Of a stretch of 64,000 nucleotides of DNA, positions 19,329-28,200 are shown piece by piece (the stretch's first letter is position 1; every line of letters starts with the position of its first letter). The notes beneath the pieces were generated by a model. It made no database searches. It saw only the letters and a list, made by a program, of their open reading frames with translations, and was not told where the DNA came from. Position numbers and translations under genes: made by a program. The stretch is from Rhodanobacteraceae bacterium (GTDB taxonomy: Bacteria > Pseudomonadota > Gammaproteobacteria > Xanthomonadales > SZUA-5): positions 211,928 to 275,927 of the forward strand of contig JANOQN010000068.1 of the NCBI GenBank assembly GCA_031422315.1, written 5' to 3'.

Positions 19329-19937
19329 GTGCTTGCTAGCCCAAAACTGATATTGGCATCGACTTCACTTTATCGGCGCCAGCTGTTGGAGCGTTTAAAG
19401 ATCGAGTTTCGCTGTGAAAAGCCGGAAGTTGATGAAACGCCGCGCGCCAGTGAAACACCGCGCGCGCTCGCCAAACGATTGGCACGGGAAAAATCGGTAG
19501 CGGTAGCGCGCCGCTTTCCGAGCACTTGGGTGCTCGGCGGCGATCAAGTAGCCGATCATGCGGGTCAAATCATCGGCAAACCGGGCAGTTTGGCGGCAGC
19601 GCGCGCGCAGCTTTTGGCTTTTTCGGGCTCCACAGTGGCGTTTTACAGCGCGATCTGCTTAAGCCGCTGCGCCTCAGAAAACGACCAGGTACCCGATATA
19701 AAACCCTATTTGGACACCACCTCAGTCAAGTTTCGCCGACTCAACTTGGTTGAAATCGACACCTACCTAAGGTGCGAGCCCGCGCTGGATTGCGCTGGAA
19801 GTTTTAATTCTGAAGGCTTGGGCATCACGCTGCTAGATCGCATCGACAGTATCGACCCAACCGCGCTGATTGGCCTGCCGCTGATCAAGCTGGCGGCTAT
19901 GCTGAGGGAGGTAGGTTTCTTTGCGAGCCAAGATTAA
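19329..19937 (+). CDS. maf: Maf-family nucleoside triphosphate pyrophosphatase
   Basis: LILASTSLYRRQLLERL... Maf signature. 202 aa. GTG start 3 nt after the dsbB2 stop. Confidence 0.85.
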   Translation: MLASPKLILASTSLYRRQLLERLKIEFRCEKPEVDETPRASETPRALAKRLAREKSVAVARRFPSTWVLGGDQVADHAGQIIGKPGSLAAARAQLLAFSGSTVAFYSAICLSRCASENDQVPDIKPYLDTTSVKFRRLNLVEIDTYLRCEPALDCAGSFNSEGLGITLLDRIDSIDPTALIGLPLIKLAAMLREVGFFASQD

Positions 19938-20004
19938 CGGCCTACACACCACGATATTGGGTAAACTGCCAGCCCTGCCCGAATTAGATTCCGATTGACT
20001 CGCT

Positions 20005-20265
20005 ATGGCTTTATTGATTACCGATCAGTGCATTAATTGCGACGTTTGCGAACCGGTTTGCCCAAATCAGGCAATCTATCCAGGGCATAAGCTTTATCAC
20101 ATCACCCCAGCACGCTGCACCGAGTGTGTCGGCCATTTTGACGAACCGCAGTGCGTTGAAGTTTGCCCGGTTGAGTGTATTTTTATCGATGCCACGTTGG
20201 ATGAATCGAAAGCCGATTTAACCCTTAAATACCAGCAGCTTACGCAGCTAGCAGCGCTGCAATAA
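20005..20265 (+). CDS. yfhL: YfhL-type 2x[4Fe-4S] ferredoxin
   Basis: CINCDVCEPVCP and CTECVGHFDEPQCVEVCP cluster motifs; 86 aa. Confidence 0.9.
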   Translation: MALLITDQCINCDVCEPVCPNQAIYPGHKLYHITPARCTECVGHFDEPQCVEVCPVECIFIDATLDESKADLTLKYQQLTQLAALQ

Positions 20266-20282
20266 ATGATCCACGACCGAGT

Positions 20283-21974
20283 ATGAGATTCACGATGATT
20301 CGATTTACCCTGACCGCCATTAGCGGCCTAATTCTATGCTTCAGCCAAGGCTTTGCGGCTGAAAAACCACCTGAAGCGGCGATTGCCAGCGCCAATAAGC
20401 TGGCCACTGCGGCGGGTATTGAAGTGCTAAAAGCAGGTGGCAATGCCTTTGATGCGGCCATTGCGGTCTCCAGTGCGCTTAGCGTGGTGGAGCCGGAAAG
20501 CTCCGGCTTGGGCGGCGGTGCATTTGCGCTGCTGCATGTTGCGGCAACAGGCAAACAAGTTTTCGTAGACGCCAGAGAGCGCGCGCCGCTTTCGGCCACT
20601 CGCGATATGTATTTGAGCGCCGCAGGCGAGCCGAACCGGGAGCTTTCCGTGAACGGTCCCAGCGCTGCGGCGATTCCAGGGCTGGCGGCAGGGCTGGTAC
20701 ACGTCGCCAAAAATTACGGTAGATTGCCACTTGCAAAATCGCTCATCCCTGCGATTAAGTTGGCCAAACAAGGTTTCGCTTGGGGCGATAAAAACGCGGC
20801 CATGCAGGGTTTTCGGGTTGACGTATTAAAGCAATTTGACGCATCCGCCGCGCAATTTTTGCGCAACAAAACAGCGATCAGCAAGGGCACTAAAGTCAAG
20901 CAGCCTGACTTAGCTCGAACGCTTGAATTGCTGGCAAAAAAGGGGCACTCGGGCTTTTACACAGGCGATTTCGCGCAGTTGCTGGTCAGCGGCGTCAATG
21001 CAGCCGGCGGCAAATGGCAGCTCAAAGACTTGAGTGACTATCAGATCGTTGAGCGCGCACCGTTGGTGTTTGAATTCGGCGGCGCCAAAATTATCACCGC
21101 ACCACCACCATCGTCGGGCGGGGTGGCGCTCGCGCAAATGTTGCAGATGCTGCAAGGCTTTGATCTAGCAAAACAATCCAAGGTTGCGCGCATCCATTTG
21201 ATCGTCGAAGTAATGCGCCGAGCCTATCGGGATCGCGCGATTTATTTAGGCGATCCTGATTTCGCCGATGTGCCGATCGATCTGCTGATGAGTCCAATGT
21301 ATGCCGCCGGCCTGCGCGCGTCGATCAATCCTGACAAGGCCACGCCGAGTGATTTACTGCCCGGCATTTCGATGAAAGCCGGCGGCACTGACACCACGCA
21401 CTTTTCGATTATCGACAAAGACGGCAATCTGGTGGCCTGGACCCAAACGGTAAACCTGCCGTTTGGCAACGGCTTTGTGGCGCCCGGCACTGGTTTTTTG
21501 TTGAACAACGAAATGGACGATTTTTCCGTCAAACCCGGCGTGCCAAATGCATTTGGCTTAGTCGGTGATGATGCCAATGCGATTGAGCCCGGCAAACGCC
21601 CGCTATCGTCCATGACGCCGACCTTTTTATTGAGCAAAGATCGCATCGCCGTGCTCGGATCCCCCGGCGGCAGCCGCATCATCACCATGGTTTTGATCAG
21701 CCTGATGCAGCTCATGGACGGCGCAAGCGCAATGGATGCCGCTAGCGCGCCGCGCTTTCATCACCAGTATTTACCTGACGCCATTTCTGCTGAACCCGGC
21801 GCGCTAACGCCTGAAGAAATCAAAGCATTAGGCGCGCGCGGTTTTACTGTGTCGCCCAACGAACGCACCTGGGGCAATATGCAAATTGTGCTGTGGGATA
21901 AGCTAACTAATGAGGTCAGCGCTGGGTCTGATCCGCGCTGGAAAACGGTCGGTGGTGGAAGTGTCTATCGGTGA
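20283..21974 (+). CDS. ggt: Gamma-glutamyltranspeptidase
   Basis: Signal peptide. Autoprocessing/nucleophile motif GGTDTTHFSIID. SGGV, GSPGGSRI. Confidence 0.95.
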   Translation: MRFTMIRFTLTAISGLILCFSQGFAAEKPPEAAIASANKLATAAGIEVLKAGGNAFDAAIAVSSALSVVEPESSGLGGGAFALLHVAATGKQVFVDARERAPLSATRDMYLSAAGEPNRELSVNGPSAAAIPGLAAGLVHVAKNYGRLPLAKSLIPAIKLAKQGFAWGDKNAAMQGFRVDVLKQFDASAAQFLRNKTAISKGTKVKQPDLARTLELLAKKGHSGFYTGDFAQLLVSGVNAAGGKWQLKDLSDYQIVERAPLVFEFGGAKIITAPPPSSGGVALAQMLQMLQGFDLAKQSKVARIHLIVEVMRRAYRDRAIYLGDPDFADVPIDLLMSPMYAAGLRASINPDKATPSDLLPGISMKAGGTDTTHFSIIDKDGNLVAWTQTVNLPFGNGFVAPGTGFLLNNEMDDFSVKPGVPNAFGLVGDDANAIEPGKRPLSSMTPTFLLSKDRIAVLGSPGGSRIITMVLISLMQLMDGASAMDAASAPRFHHQYLPDAISAEPGALTPEEIKALGARGFTVSPNERTWGNMQIVLWDKLTNEVSAGSDPRWKTVGGGSVYR

Positions 21975-21986
21975 TTGGAAGCTCAC

Positions 21987-22123
21987 GGAACCTCTAAAAA
22001 CCCATTTTCGTCGTGAAGCTCAAAGCGAAAGAAAAATATTTCCTTATATATCAACCATATACCGCCCCAATATTTGTCTTTTGTGCCTAGCTTGACTTAG
22101 AAAATGGAGTTTTTAGAGGTTTC
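21987..22123 (+). mobile_element. MITE-like TIR element, copy 2 (unclassified family)
   Basis: TIRs GGAACCTCTAAAAAC / GTTTTTAGAGGTTTC (14 of 15 complementary). Flanking direct repeat GCTCAC (21981-21986) / GCTCAA (22124-22129). Sits between the convergent ggt and methyltransferase stops. Confidence 0.75.
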
Positions 22124-22139
22124 GCTCAATTAGCTGACT

Positions 22140-22766
22140 TTAATTACGAACTTCAAATTCAAACTCATGATCAAGCACAACGCCGCTTTTTACTCGCGTT
22201 CGCTCAACAATTGAGCGGCTGGAAAAGCCTTCGAGAACGTTTTCAAGTTCAGCTAGGCGCAAAAAAGTAAAATGTCTTTCACTGCGTTGAAGATAAAGCG
22301 GCTCATCGATACTAAGCTTCGGTGCTAGCGGATGTAAGTCGCCTTTCATGCCGACAGAATAAAAATATCCGTCTGGCTTAAGAATTCGCTTAACTTCACT
22401 GGCGATTTGAGCAAGCCCGGCAAAATCAGCGTGTAGCAGCGCTCCTCTATCAAGCACAATATCAACTGAGCCATTTAAAAATGGCAGATAGCGAAAATCA
22501 CCTTGAATAACCTGGGCATCCAAGTTAAGTTTTTTGAGCCTCGACCTCGCATAACTAACGGCGATTTTAGAATATTCGATGCCGAACGCGGTAAATCCCT
22601 CTTCAGCAAGAAACCGAAGATTATTACCGGTTCCCGATCCTAGCTCTAACACTACCGTTTGCGAACGATCCTTTTCTTTGCACGTACGCAAAACAAAAGA
22701 CACAATCTCAGTAAACGGCCAATGATTGTGCTGTAGACCTTGAGCGTATATTTTTTCCCAGCTCAT
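22140..22766 (-). CDS. Class I SAM-dependent methyltransferase
   Basis: Motif I VLELGSGTGNN; 208 aa; AT-rich relative to the backbone. Confidence 0.8.
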   Translation of the reverse strand: MSWEKIYAQGLQHNHWPFTEIVSFVLRTCKEKDRSQTVVLELGSGTGNNLRFLAEEGFTAFGIEYSKIAVSYARSRLKKLNLDAQVIQGDFRYLPFLNGSVDIVLDRGALLHADFAGLAQIASEVKRILKPDGYFYSVGMKGDLHPLAPKLSIDEPLYLQRSERHFTFLRLAELENVLEGFSSRSIVERTRVKSGVVLDHEFEFEVRN

Positions 22767-22867
22767 TGTATTTCCTTAATTAAATAAAACTCGCAAATTT
22801 CCAATTCTATTTCCTGATTATCGCTAATCCTCAGAAGGCTGCAATTATTCTAGCAACCTTTGCAACA

Positions 22868-22958
22868 CGTCATCCCCGCGAAGGCGGGGATCCAGAGCAG
22901 GTGTCAACGTCAATCGAACGATTAAGGAACCTGGATTCCCGCCTGCGCGGGAATGACG
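22868..22958. repeat. Compound REP/MITE-like element, copy 2 (91-bp archetype)
   Basis: CGTCATCCCCGCGAAGGCGGGGATCCAG ... CTGGATTCCCGCCTGCGCGGGAATGACG. The core CAGGTGTCAAC..GAACGATTAAGG is shared with copy 6. Confidence 0.85.
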
Positions 22959-23024
22959 GCTGCTGAAGATTAGCGCTAATCAGGTTCTATTTTCCCGTCA
23001 CATTCCGAACTCTGTGGGACATTA

Positions 23025-24443
23025 CTATTTTATGTTGTCACAGAAAACTGACAATCGTGCCATGCTATCTGCGGTTTTTTCAAACAAATTTTTCCGTTGA
23101 GACTCACTTAATCCCAATGGCGTAAAACGCGGGAATACTACCCCATCACCATATTGCCGACTAACGATCGCCAGTACTTTCTCTAGTTCGCTCCTTGTTG
23201 AGGTTTGAATAACCTGCTCGAACTGTAATGATTCCGAGAAAAAATGCGCGCCCGGAAGATCAAGATACCAAGGACGACCAAAACAGATAACTGGTTTTTC
23301 AACAAGCAGGGCTTCAAATCCAACCGTTCCTGCAATTGTTGCAACTAAGGTTGCTTTTGAAATCAGCTGATCCGATGGCGTGGCAATCGTCACAAAAAAC
23401 ACGTTTGGCAATAGTTCCAATCGCTTATAAAACGCAGTGTCGCGCGCGTAGTGTCGTTGCAAGGGATTTTCTTTGACTATAAGCGGGTAGTTCGGCGGCA
23501 GCCAAGCGGCGAGCGCCGCTATTGCGTTCACTTGATTCGCGAAACTGTCGCTAAACATGCGAACATTCGCCTCTGGCTCATAGTGAAGCGCAAAAAACGC
23601 GAAACGCTTAAGATGTTCAGGCGTTGCCATTTTGAAATTTGCTTGCAACGAACGATAGCGTTTTACCCGCAAATAGCGATAAAAAGCCGCTGCAGTAAAG
23701 TTTGAATCACCCAACTCTATGGCTAAGCGGAGCCAATCCCAATTTCTTCGGGTAGCTGCCAGGTATAGTCGCTGAAGAAATCCTAATTTACCTAAACTAA
23801 AAAAACCGAAAATGACAAACTGAATTCGACTAAGAAATGTTGCACGAATTGCAGGTTGTAAATCACGGATCGGTACAACGGGGCGTTCAATCAATCGATC
23901 TACCGTACTGAAATCCGCCGCACGAACAGTCTGCCAAGTCCCTGACTGCCGCGAAAACGCTTGGAATTTTTCAGGCAGTGAAGTCTGTCTAAATATCAAA
24001 ACTTTAAGCCCTCTGCGAATAGCCTCATACGCAAGAAGGTTATCAATACCCAAGTGCGGAATGTCGATCAGCCAAATTTCATCAGGCATATAGAAATCAA
24101 GCAAACCTTGAACCCGCGCATAGTGGAGTTGCGCCCAATCGTGGACGACATCGCCAATTATTGGGCCAATGCTCAGTGTATCGATTGTTGCCAACTTGTT
24201 AAGTGGCATGACTCTGCCAATACACTGGCTGTATTCCCACAGCAATTCGTCAGGAACTGCAAAAAACGCGCTACTGGCTGGCGGGATATCTTGGCCGGTA
24301 AATATTTCTTCAGTACTATGACTAGGCACATCAGGGGATTTGCCTTGCAACTGGCAAACCACATTAAAACCTTGCTGTCTCAATCCGCTGATTAATTCAC
24401 TTGGGAGATAGTACGCCCAAAATAAAACTCTTCGATCAATCAT
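23025..24443 (-). CDS. Capsule-polysaccharide-biosynthesis-like protein (family call tentative)
   Basis: The FFALHYEPEANV...PLIVKENP segment recalls Capsule_synth (KpsS/KpsC-type) proteins. Start placed at ATG 24443 (ATGATTGA overlap with the upstream stop) rather than ORF-track 24530. AT-rich. Confidence 0.6.
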   Translation of the reverse strand: MIDRRVLFWAYYLPSELISGLRQQGFNVVCQLQGKSPDVPSHSTEEIFTGQDIPPASSAFFAVPDELLWEYSQCIGRVMPLNKLATIDTLSIGPIIGDVVHDWAQLHYARVQGLLDFYMPDEIWLIDIPHLGIDNLLAYEAIRRGLKVLIFRQTSLPEKFQAFSRQSGTWQTVRAADFSTVDRLIERPVVPIRDLQPAIRATFLSRIQFVIFGFFSLGKLGFLQRLYLAATRRNWDWLRLAIELGDSNFTAAAFYRYLRVKRYRSLQANFKMATPEHLKRFAFFALHYEPEANVRMFSDSFANQVNAIAALAAWLPPNYPLIVKENPLQRHYARDTAFYKRLELLPNVFFVTIATPSDQLISKATLVATIAGTVGFEALLVEKPVICFGRPWYLDLPGAHFFSESLQFEQVIQTSTRSELEKVLAIVSRQYGDGVVFPRFTPLGLSESQRKNLFEKTADSMARLSVFCDNIK

Positions 24444-25050
24444 GTTTAAGCCAATTGGGTGGCCCAAAAATACGTTTAGTGAATCCTCGTACTCCGCTGA
24501 TGCGAATTGACGTATCCAATTTTGAAGCATACGCCATCAGCGCGCTTTGATAGCCTCTCACATAGTCTGTTTCGCAAGATTCCTGGCCGATTCGCTTTTC
24601 GTCTTGATGCACATCAATACCCGCTTCGTATCCACCCGTGCCATCCATAGGCGCACCGCAAATTATGATTTCGCGTGCGCCACAGGTGATCGCTAACCAA
24701 AGCGCGCTACCGATGCTGGAAGCGCACCGCAGCGCATCAGGCCAGTACACATCAACATCACAATCCGCAATCCGCGCGAGCGTTTTACCGCTATGTACCT
24801 CAACGTTTGGGTTAAGACTTCGCTGCCGAAACACGGCTGCTCGTTCGGGGTGTTGTGTCATCAAAAAATCAGCGCGGAGCACCGATGCGGCGTCATTGAC
24901 CGCGACCACTTTACAGCCCGGCAGGTGTCTGAGTGCGTCAGCGCATTCTTGTTGAACGCCAGAGGCGGAACCGCAGATAACAACCCGGTTCCACAGCATC
25001 TGGTTTTGAAGCCAATCTGGACCGCACTTCGCGGCCTGCATTACGGTCAT
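24436..25050 (-). CDS. DUF115/MptE-like protein (Maf-type putative nonulosonic-acid transferase; tentative)
   Basis: NRVVICGSASGV...KVVAVNDAAS...GSALWLAITCGAREIIICGAPMD pattern recalls PF01973-type proteins. Translationally coupled to the downstream gene. Confidence 0.5.
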   Translation of the reverse strand: MTVMQAAKCGPDWLQNQMLWNRVVICGSASGVQQECADALRHLPGCKVVAVNDAASVLRADFLMTQHPERAAVFRQRSLNPNVEVHSGKTLARIADCDVDVYWPDALRCASSIGSALWLAITCGAREIIICGAPMDGTGGYEAGIDVHQDEKRIGQESCETDYVRGYQSALMAYASKLDTSIRISGVRGFTKRIFGPPNWLKHD

Positions 25051-25080
25051 AAAATCCAGCCTACGGTCATAAATCCAGTC
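25042..25080. repeat. About 20-bp tandem duplication spanning the start codon of the DUF115-like gene
   Basis: TACGGTCATAAAATCCAG (25042-25059) and TACGGTCATAAATCCAG (25062-25078). Creates the upstream mini-ORF ATG ACC GTA GGC TGG ATT TTA TGA (25070..25047), whose stop overlaps the main ATG (ATGA). Confidence 0.8.
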
Positions 25081-25182
25081 AAAGTGTGTTCTAGAAACAA
25101 CCTTTAAGCATATTCGACTGGCTTTTCGAATGAAACAAGCGATGAGCCACCGTTAACGCCGCATCGATATTCAAGAGTCTCG

Positions 25183-26094
25183 CTACTGGAGAGGCTTCAG
25201 CTCGTCTTCCAAAAAACCCTCGATCACCCGCCAAGCCACATCACTTTCGCGTTTTTCATTACCGGCGAGCGCCTCGCGTCGGATCAAATAGCCGTGCCGA
25301 CCATTGGCGGATCGGTGCACACTGACGCGCTTACCGAGTAGGATCAATCGATTCAATAACAACTCGGCTTGCGATGCCGGCACAATCACATCGCGCTGGC
25401 CCTGGACGATCAAAATTGGCAAATTTGAAGCGATATGATCGAGGCCCAGCATACCTTGCCTGCTTTTGAAATTCTCCGGGCTCAACACAGGGCCGCGCCC
25501 ATAAATGCGCTGTGTCAATTCGTCTTTGCCGAGTTGATTGGTTTTTTGCAAGTAGCGATACCATATATCGATATCGGCCACGCCATAGGCGAACACGACC
25601 GCCTTAAATGAGTTCGGCTGACGCTTGGCCGCTTGCAAACTAATCAGCGCGCCGTGGCTAAAGCCGAGCAAAGCCACGCGATTCAAGTCAAGCATCGGCT
25701 CTCGTTTTAAATGCGCAAGCAGCGCCAAAACGTCATCGACTTCACCGAGTGCCACTTCAATCTGGCCGTCGGAGCCGTCTTCACCGCGATAGCTGGACCC
25801 TGCCAACGTGTAGCCCAGCCGACAAAGCTCAAGCATCCGGCGCTCGTTATTAAGGCCAACGCCGGAAACGCCGCCATGGTTGAATAAAATCAGCGGTCTT
25901 GCGCCGGGAAACTGCGCCTGATTCGCCGCGCAAAATCGGCCGTTGATTCGCAGCTCACCGCTGAGATAGCGAATACTGCTGATCTGCGGCTCGCCAGCGT
26001 GCGCGTGCAAAGCCACACTGGCAATTAGCGCAAAAAAGCCGCGAACCCACGATTTTGGGGTCAAATATCGGCACCACATCGAAAAAATAGGCAT
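25183..26094 (-). CDS. Secreted alpha/beta hydrolase (S9 / dienelactone-hydrolase-like)
   Basis: Nucleophile elbow LLGFSHGA; HGG oxyanion motif (FNHGGVSG); C-terminal DVIVP...GRHGY. Confidence 0.8.
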   Translation of the reverse strand: MPIFSMWCRYLTPKSWVRGFFALIASVALHAHAGEPQISSIRYLSGELRINGRFCAANQAQFPGARPLILFNHGGVSGVGLNNERRMLELCRLGYTLAGSSYRGEDGSDGQIEVALGEVDDVLALLAHLKREPMLDLNRVALLGFSHGALISLQAAKRQPNSFKAVVFAYGVADIDIWYRYLQKTNQLGKDELTQRIYGRGPVLSPENFKSRQGMLGLDHIASNLPILIVQGQRDVIVPASQAELLLNRLILLGKRVSVHRSANGRHGYLIRREALAGNEKRESDVAWRVIEGFLEDELKPLQ

Positions 26095-26195
26095 TTATCC
26101 CTTAACTAAAACTGCACATTTGCCTTAACTTTGGCACAATCGCGTAACAGTTGCGAACGTGATGGCGTGATGAAACTTAAAAACGGGAAACTGAT

Positions 26196-27560
26196 ATGAG
26201 TCAGACAAACAAGTTCGGCCGATTTTCCAAAGCAGTGCAAATGCTCAGTACCGCGCTAGTTGGATCGCTATGGCTAAGCCAAGCGCTCGCTGCAGGACCG
26301 GTTGGCGGAACCGTCAAAGCGATTGCCGAGCATCAGCATTTAGGCACCGCCACCTGCGCCAGCAGCACCTGCCACGGTTCGACTACGGTGTTCCCTGGCT
26401 CGAACGTGATGCAAAACGAGTTCTCAGTCTGGCAAGAAAGCGATAAACACGCGCGCGCTTACGATATTTTAAAGCAGCCAGAAAGCCAAGCGATTGCCCG
26501 CAAAATGGGCTTGGGTGATGCCACCAAAGCCAGCATTTGCTTGGATTGCCACGCCGATAACGTACCAGCGGCCAAACAGGGCGATAAATTCTTGATGGCC
26601 GATGGCGTTGGCTGCGAAGCATGCCACGGCGGCTCGGAAAACTGGATCGCATCACACGCTGCTAAAGGCGCGACGCACGCCGACAACATCAAAGCCGGCA
26701 TGTACCCAACGGATGAGCCGGTTGCGCGCGCGAAAATGTGCCTGAGCTGCCATATGGGCACCGCCGATCGCATGATTACCCACAAAATCATGGGCGCGGG
26801 CCACCCGCGTTTGCAGTTTGAGCTGGATACCTTCACCTGGATTAATCCGCATTACGAAATTGATGAAGACTACATTGCCCGCAAAGGCGAGTTTAATGGC
26901 GCACGCGATTGGGCGCTTGGACAAGGCGTTGCAGCCAAGAATCTGCTTGAGCAGCTCACGGATAGCAAAATTGCCTTCACCGGCATATTTCCAGAACTCG
27001 TATTGTTTGACTGCCACGCTTGCCATAAGAAAATGTCGGGCAATACGTGGGCATCACGCCCCAGCACCGGTCTTGGCCCTGGCGTGGTGCGTTTGAATGA
27101 TGCCAATTTACTGCTCTATCGACACGTGTTGAATCTGGTTGAACCGGCCAGCGGCAATCGCATTCGTGAGCAAACTAAAGCGCTGCACCGGGCCACCACG
27201 CTCAGTAAAGAAGCCACTTTTCAAGCCGCGAACGCCTTGAAAGCGTCGATTGAAGCCAGCTTGCCGAAAGTGTCGAGCTACCCGTTTGAAGCGAAATCAC
27301 TCGGGCGCGTTTTAGCCAGCCTAGTGCGCGACGCCGATGCCGGTGATTTCGGCGATTTCTCCGGCGCTGAACAGGCCGCGCTGGCTGCGCAATCGGTAGT
27401 CAGCGGCTTTGAAGCCGGTGGTGCAATTGATAAAGCCAAAGCCGATGCGCTAAATCGACTGGTCGATCAAATGAATGCGACGGTTGAAAATGGCGATAAC
27501 TATCAGCGCGCCCGCTTTGTGCAAAGCCTAAGAAATCTTGCAAGAGCGGCGCCCATGTAA
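26196..27560 (+). CDS. Periplasmic multihaem c-type cytochrome (c554-like family)
   Basis: Signal peptide. Four CxxCH sites (CLDCH, CEACH, CLSCH, CHACH) plus one CASSTCH (Cx4CH). Haem-free helical C-terminal half. Confidence 0.85.
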   Translation: MSQTNKFGRFSKAVQMLSTALVGSLWLSQALAAGPVGGTVKAIAEHQHLGTATCASSTCHGSTTVFPGSNVMQNEFSVWQESDKHARAYDILKQPESQAIARKMGLGDATKASICLDCHADNVPAAKQGDKFLMADGVGCEACHGGSENWIASHAAKGATHADNIKAGMYPTDEPVARAKMCLSCHMGTADRMITHKIMGAGHPRLQFELDTFTWINPHYEIDEDYIARKGEFNGARDWALGQGVAAKNLLEQLTDSKIAFTGIFPELVLFDCHACHKKMSGNTWASRPSTGLGPGVVRLNDANLLLYRHVLNLVEPASGNRIREQTKALHRATTLSKEATFQAANALKASIEASLPKVSSYPFEAKSLGRVLASLVRDADAGDFGDFSGAEQAALAAQSVVSGFEAGGAIDKAKADALNRLVDQMNATVENGDNYQRARFVQSLRNLARAAPM

Positions 27561-27608
27561 GGATAAGTTTCGGTAATATCGAAACTCGGACGGGTTAGGG
27601 AGAAGGTC

Positions 27609-28037
27609 ATGCAATCGGTACAACAAATGCTGGGCAATCGAAACAGCGTGACCTACTTCGTGCGCCCAGGCGACACCGTATTAGATGCGATCAAGCAAAT
27701 GGCCGAGCGCGGCGTCGGCGCACTGGTGGTTTTGGAAGGCGACACGCTCGTCGGCATCGTCAGCGAGCGTGACTACGCTCGCAAAATAGTCTTGCAAGGC
27801 AAAAATTCGAAAGACACTTTCGTCAAGGAAATTATGTCATCGCCAGTCATTACCGCTACGCTCACCCAGCGCGCCAACGAGTGTATGAATATCATGACCG
27901 ACAAACGCATCCGCCACATGCCAGTTGTAGATAGCGGCAAAGTCGTCGGCATGCTTTCAATTGGCGACATGCTCAAAGTAGTGATTGAGCACCTCAAACG
28001 CGAAAATGAGCAGTTGGCGCAATATATAAATAGTTGA
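27609..28037 (+). CDS. CBS-pair domain protein
   Basis: 142 aa with two CBS repeats (GALVVLEGDTLVGIVSERD; HMPVVDSGKVVGMLSIGD). Confidence 0.85.
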   Translation: MQSVQQMLGNRNSVTYFVRPGDTVLDAIKQMAERGVGALVVLEGDTLVGIVSERDYARKIVLQGKNSKDTFVKEIMSSPVITATLTQRANECMNIMTDKRIRHMPVVDSGKVVGMLSIGDMLKVVIEHLKRENEQLAQYINS

Positions 28038-28074
28038 GTGTTGCTAGCGCCCCTTCTCGACTTAGCTGTCACAT

Positions 28075-28117
28075 CCTCGTCATCCCCGCGAAGGCGGGGA
28101 TCCAGAACAGGTGTCAG
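28075..28117. repeat. REP/MITE family, solo left arm (copy 3)
   Basis: CCTCGTCATCCCCGCGAAGGCGGGGATCCAGAACAGGTGTCAG. No matching right arm found downstream. Confidence 0.7.
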
Positions 28118-28200
28118 ATCACGGCAATTTAAATGAGCCTAACTAGCGTTTTAATACTGGCATCTGGCGGCATTGATGGACGAAAATCAAAACAAGTCAA

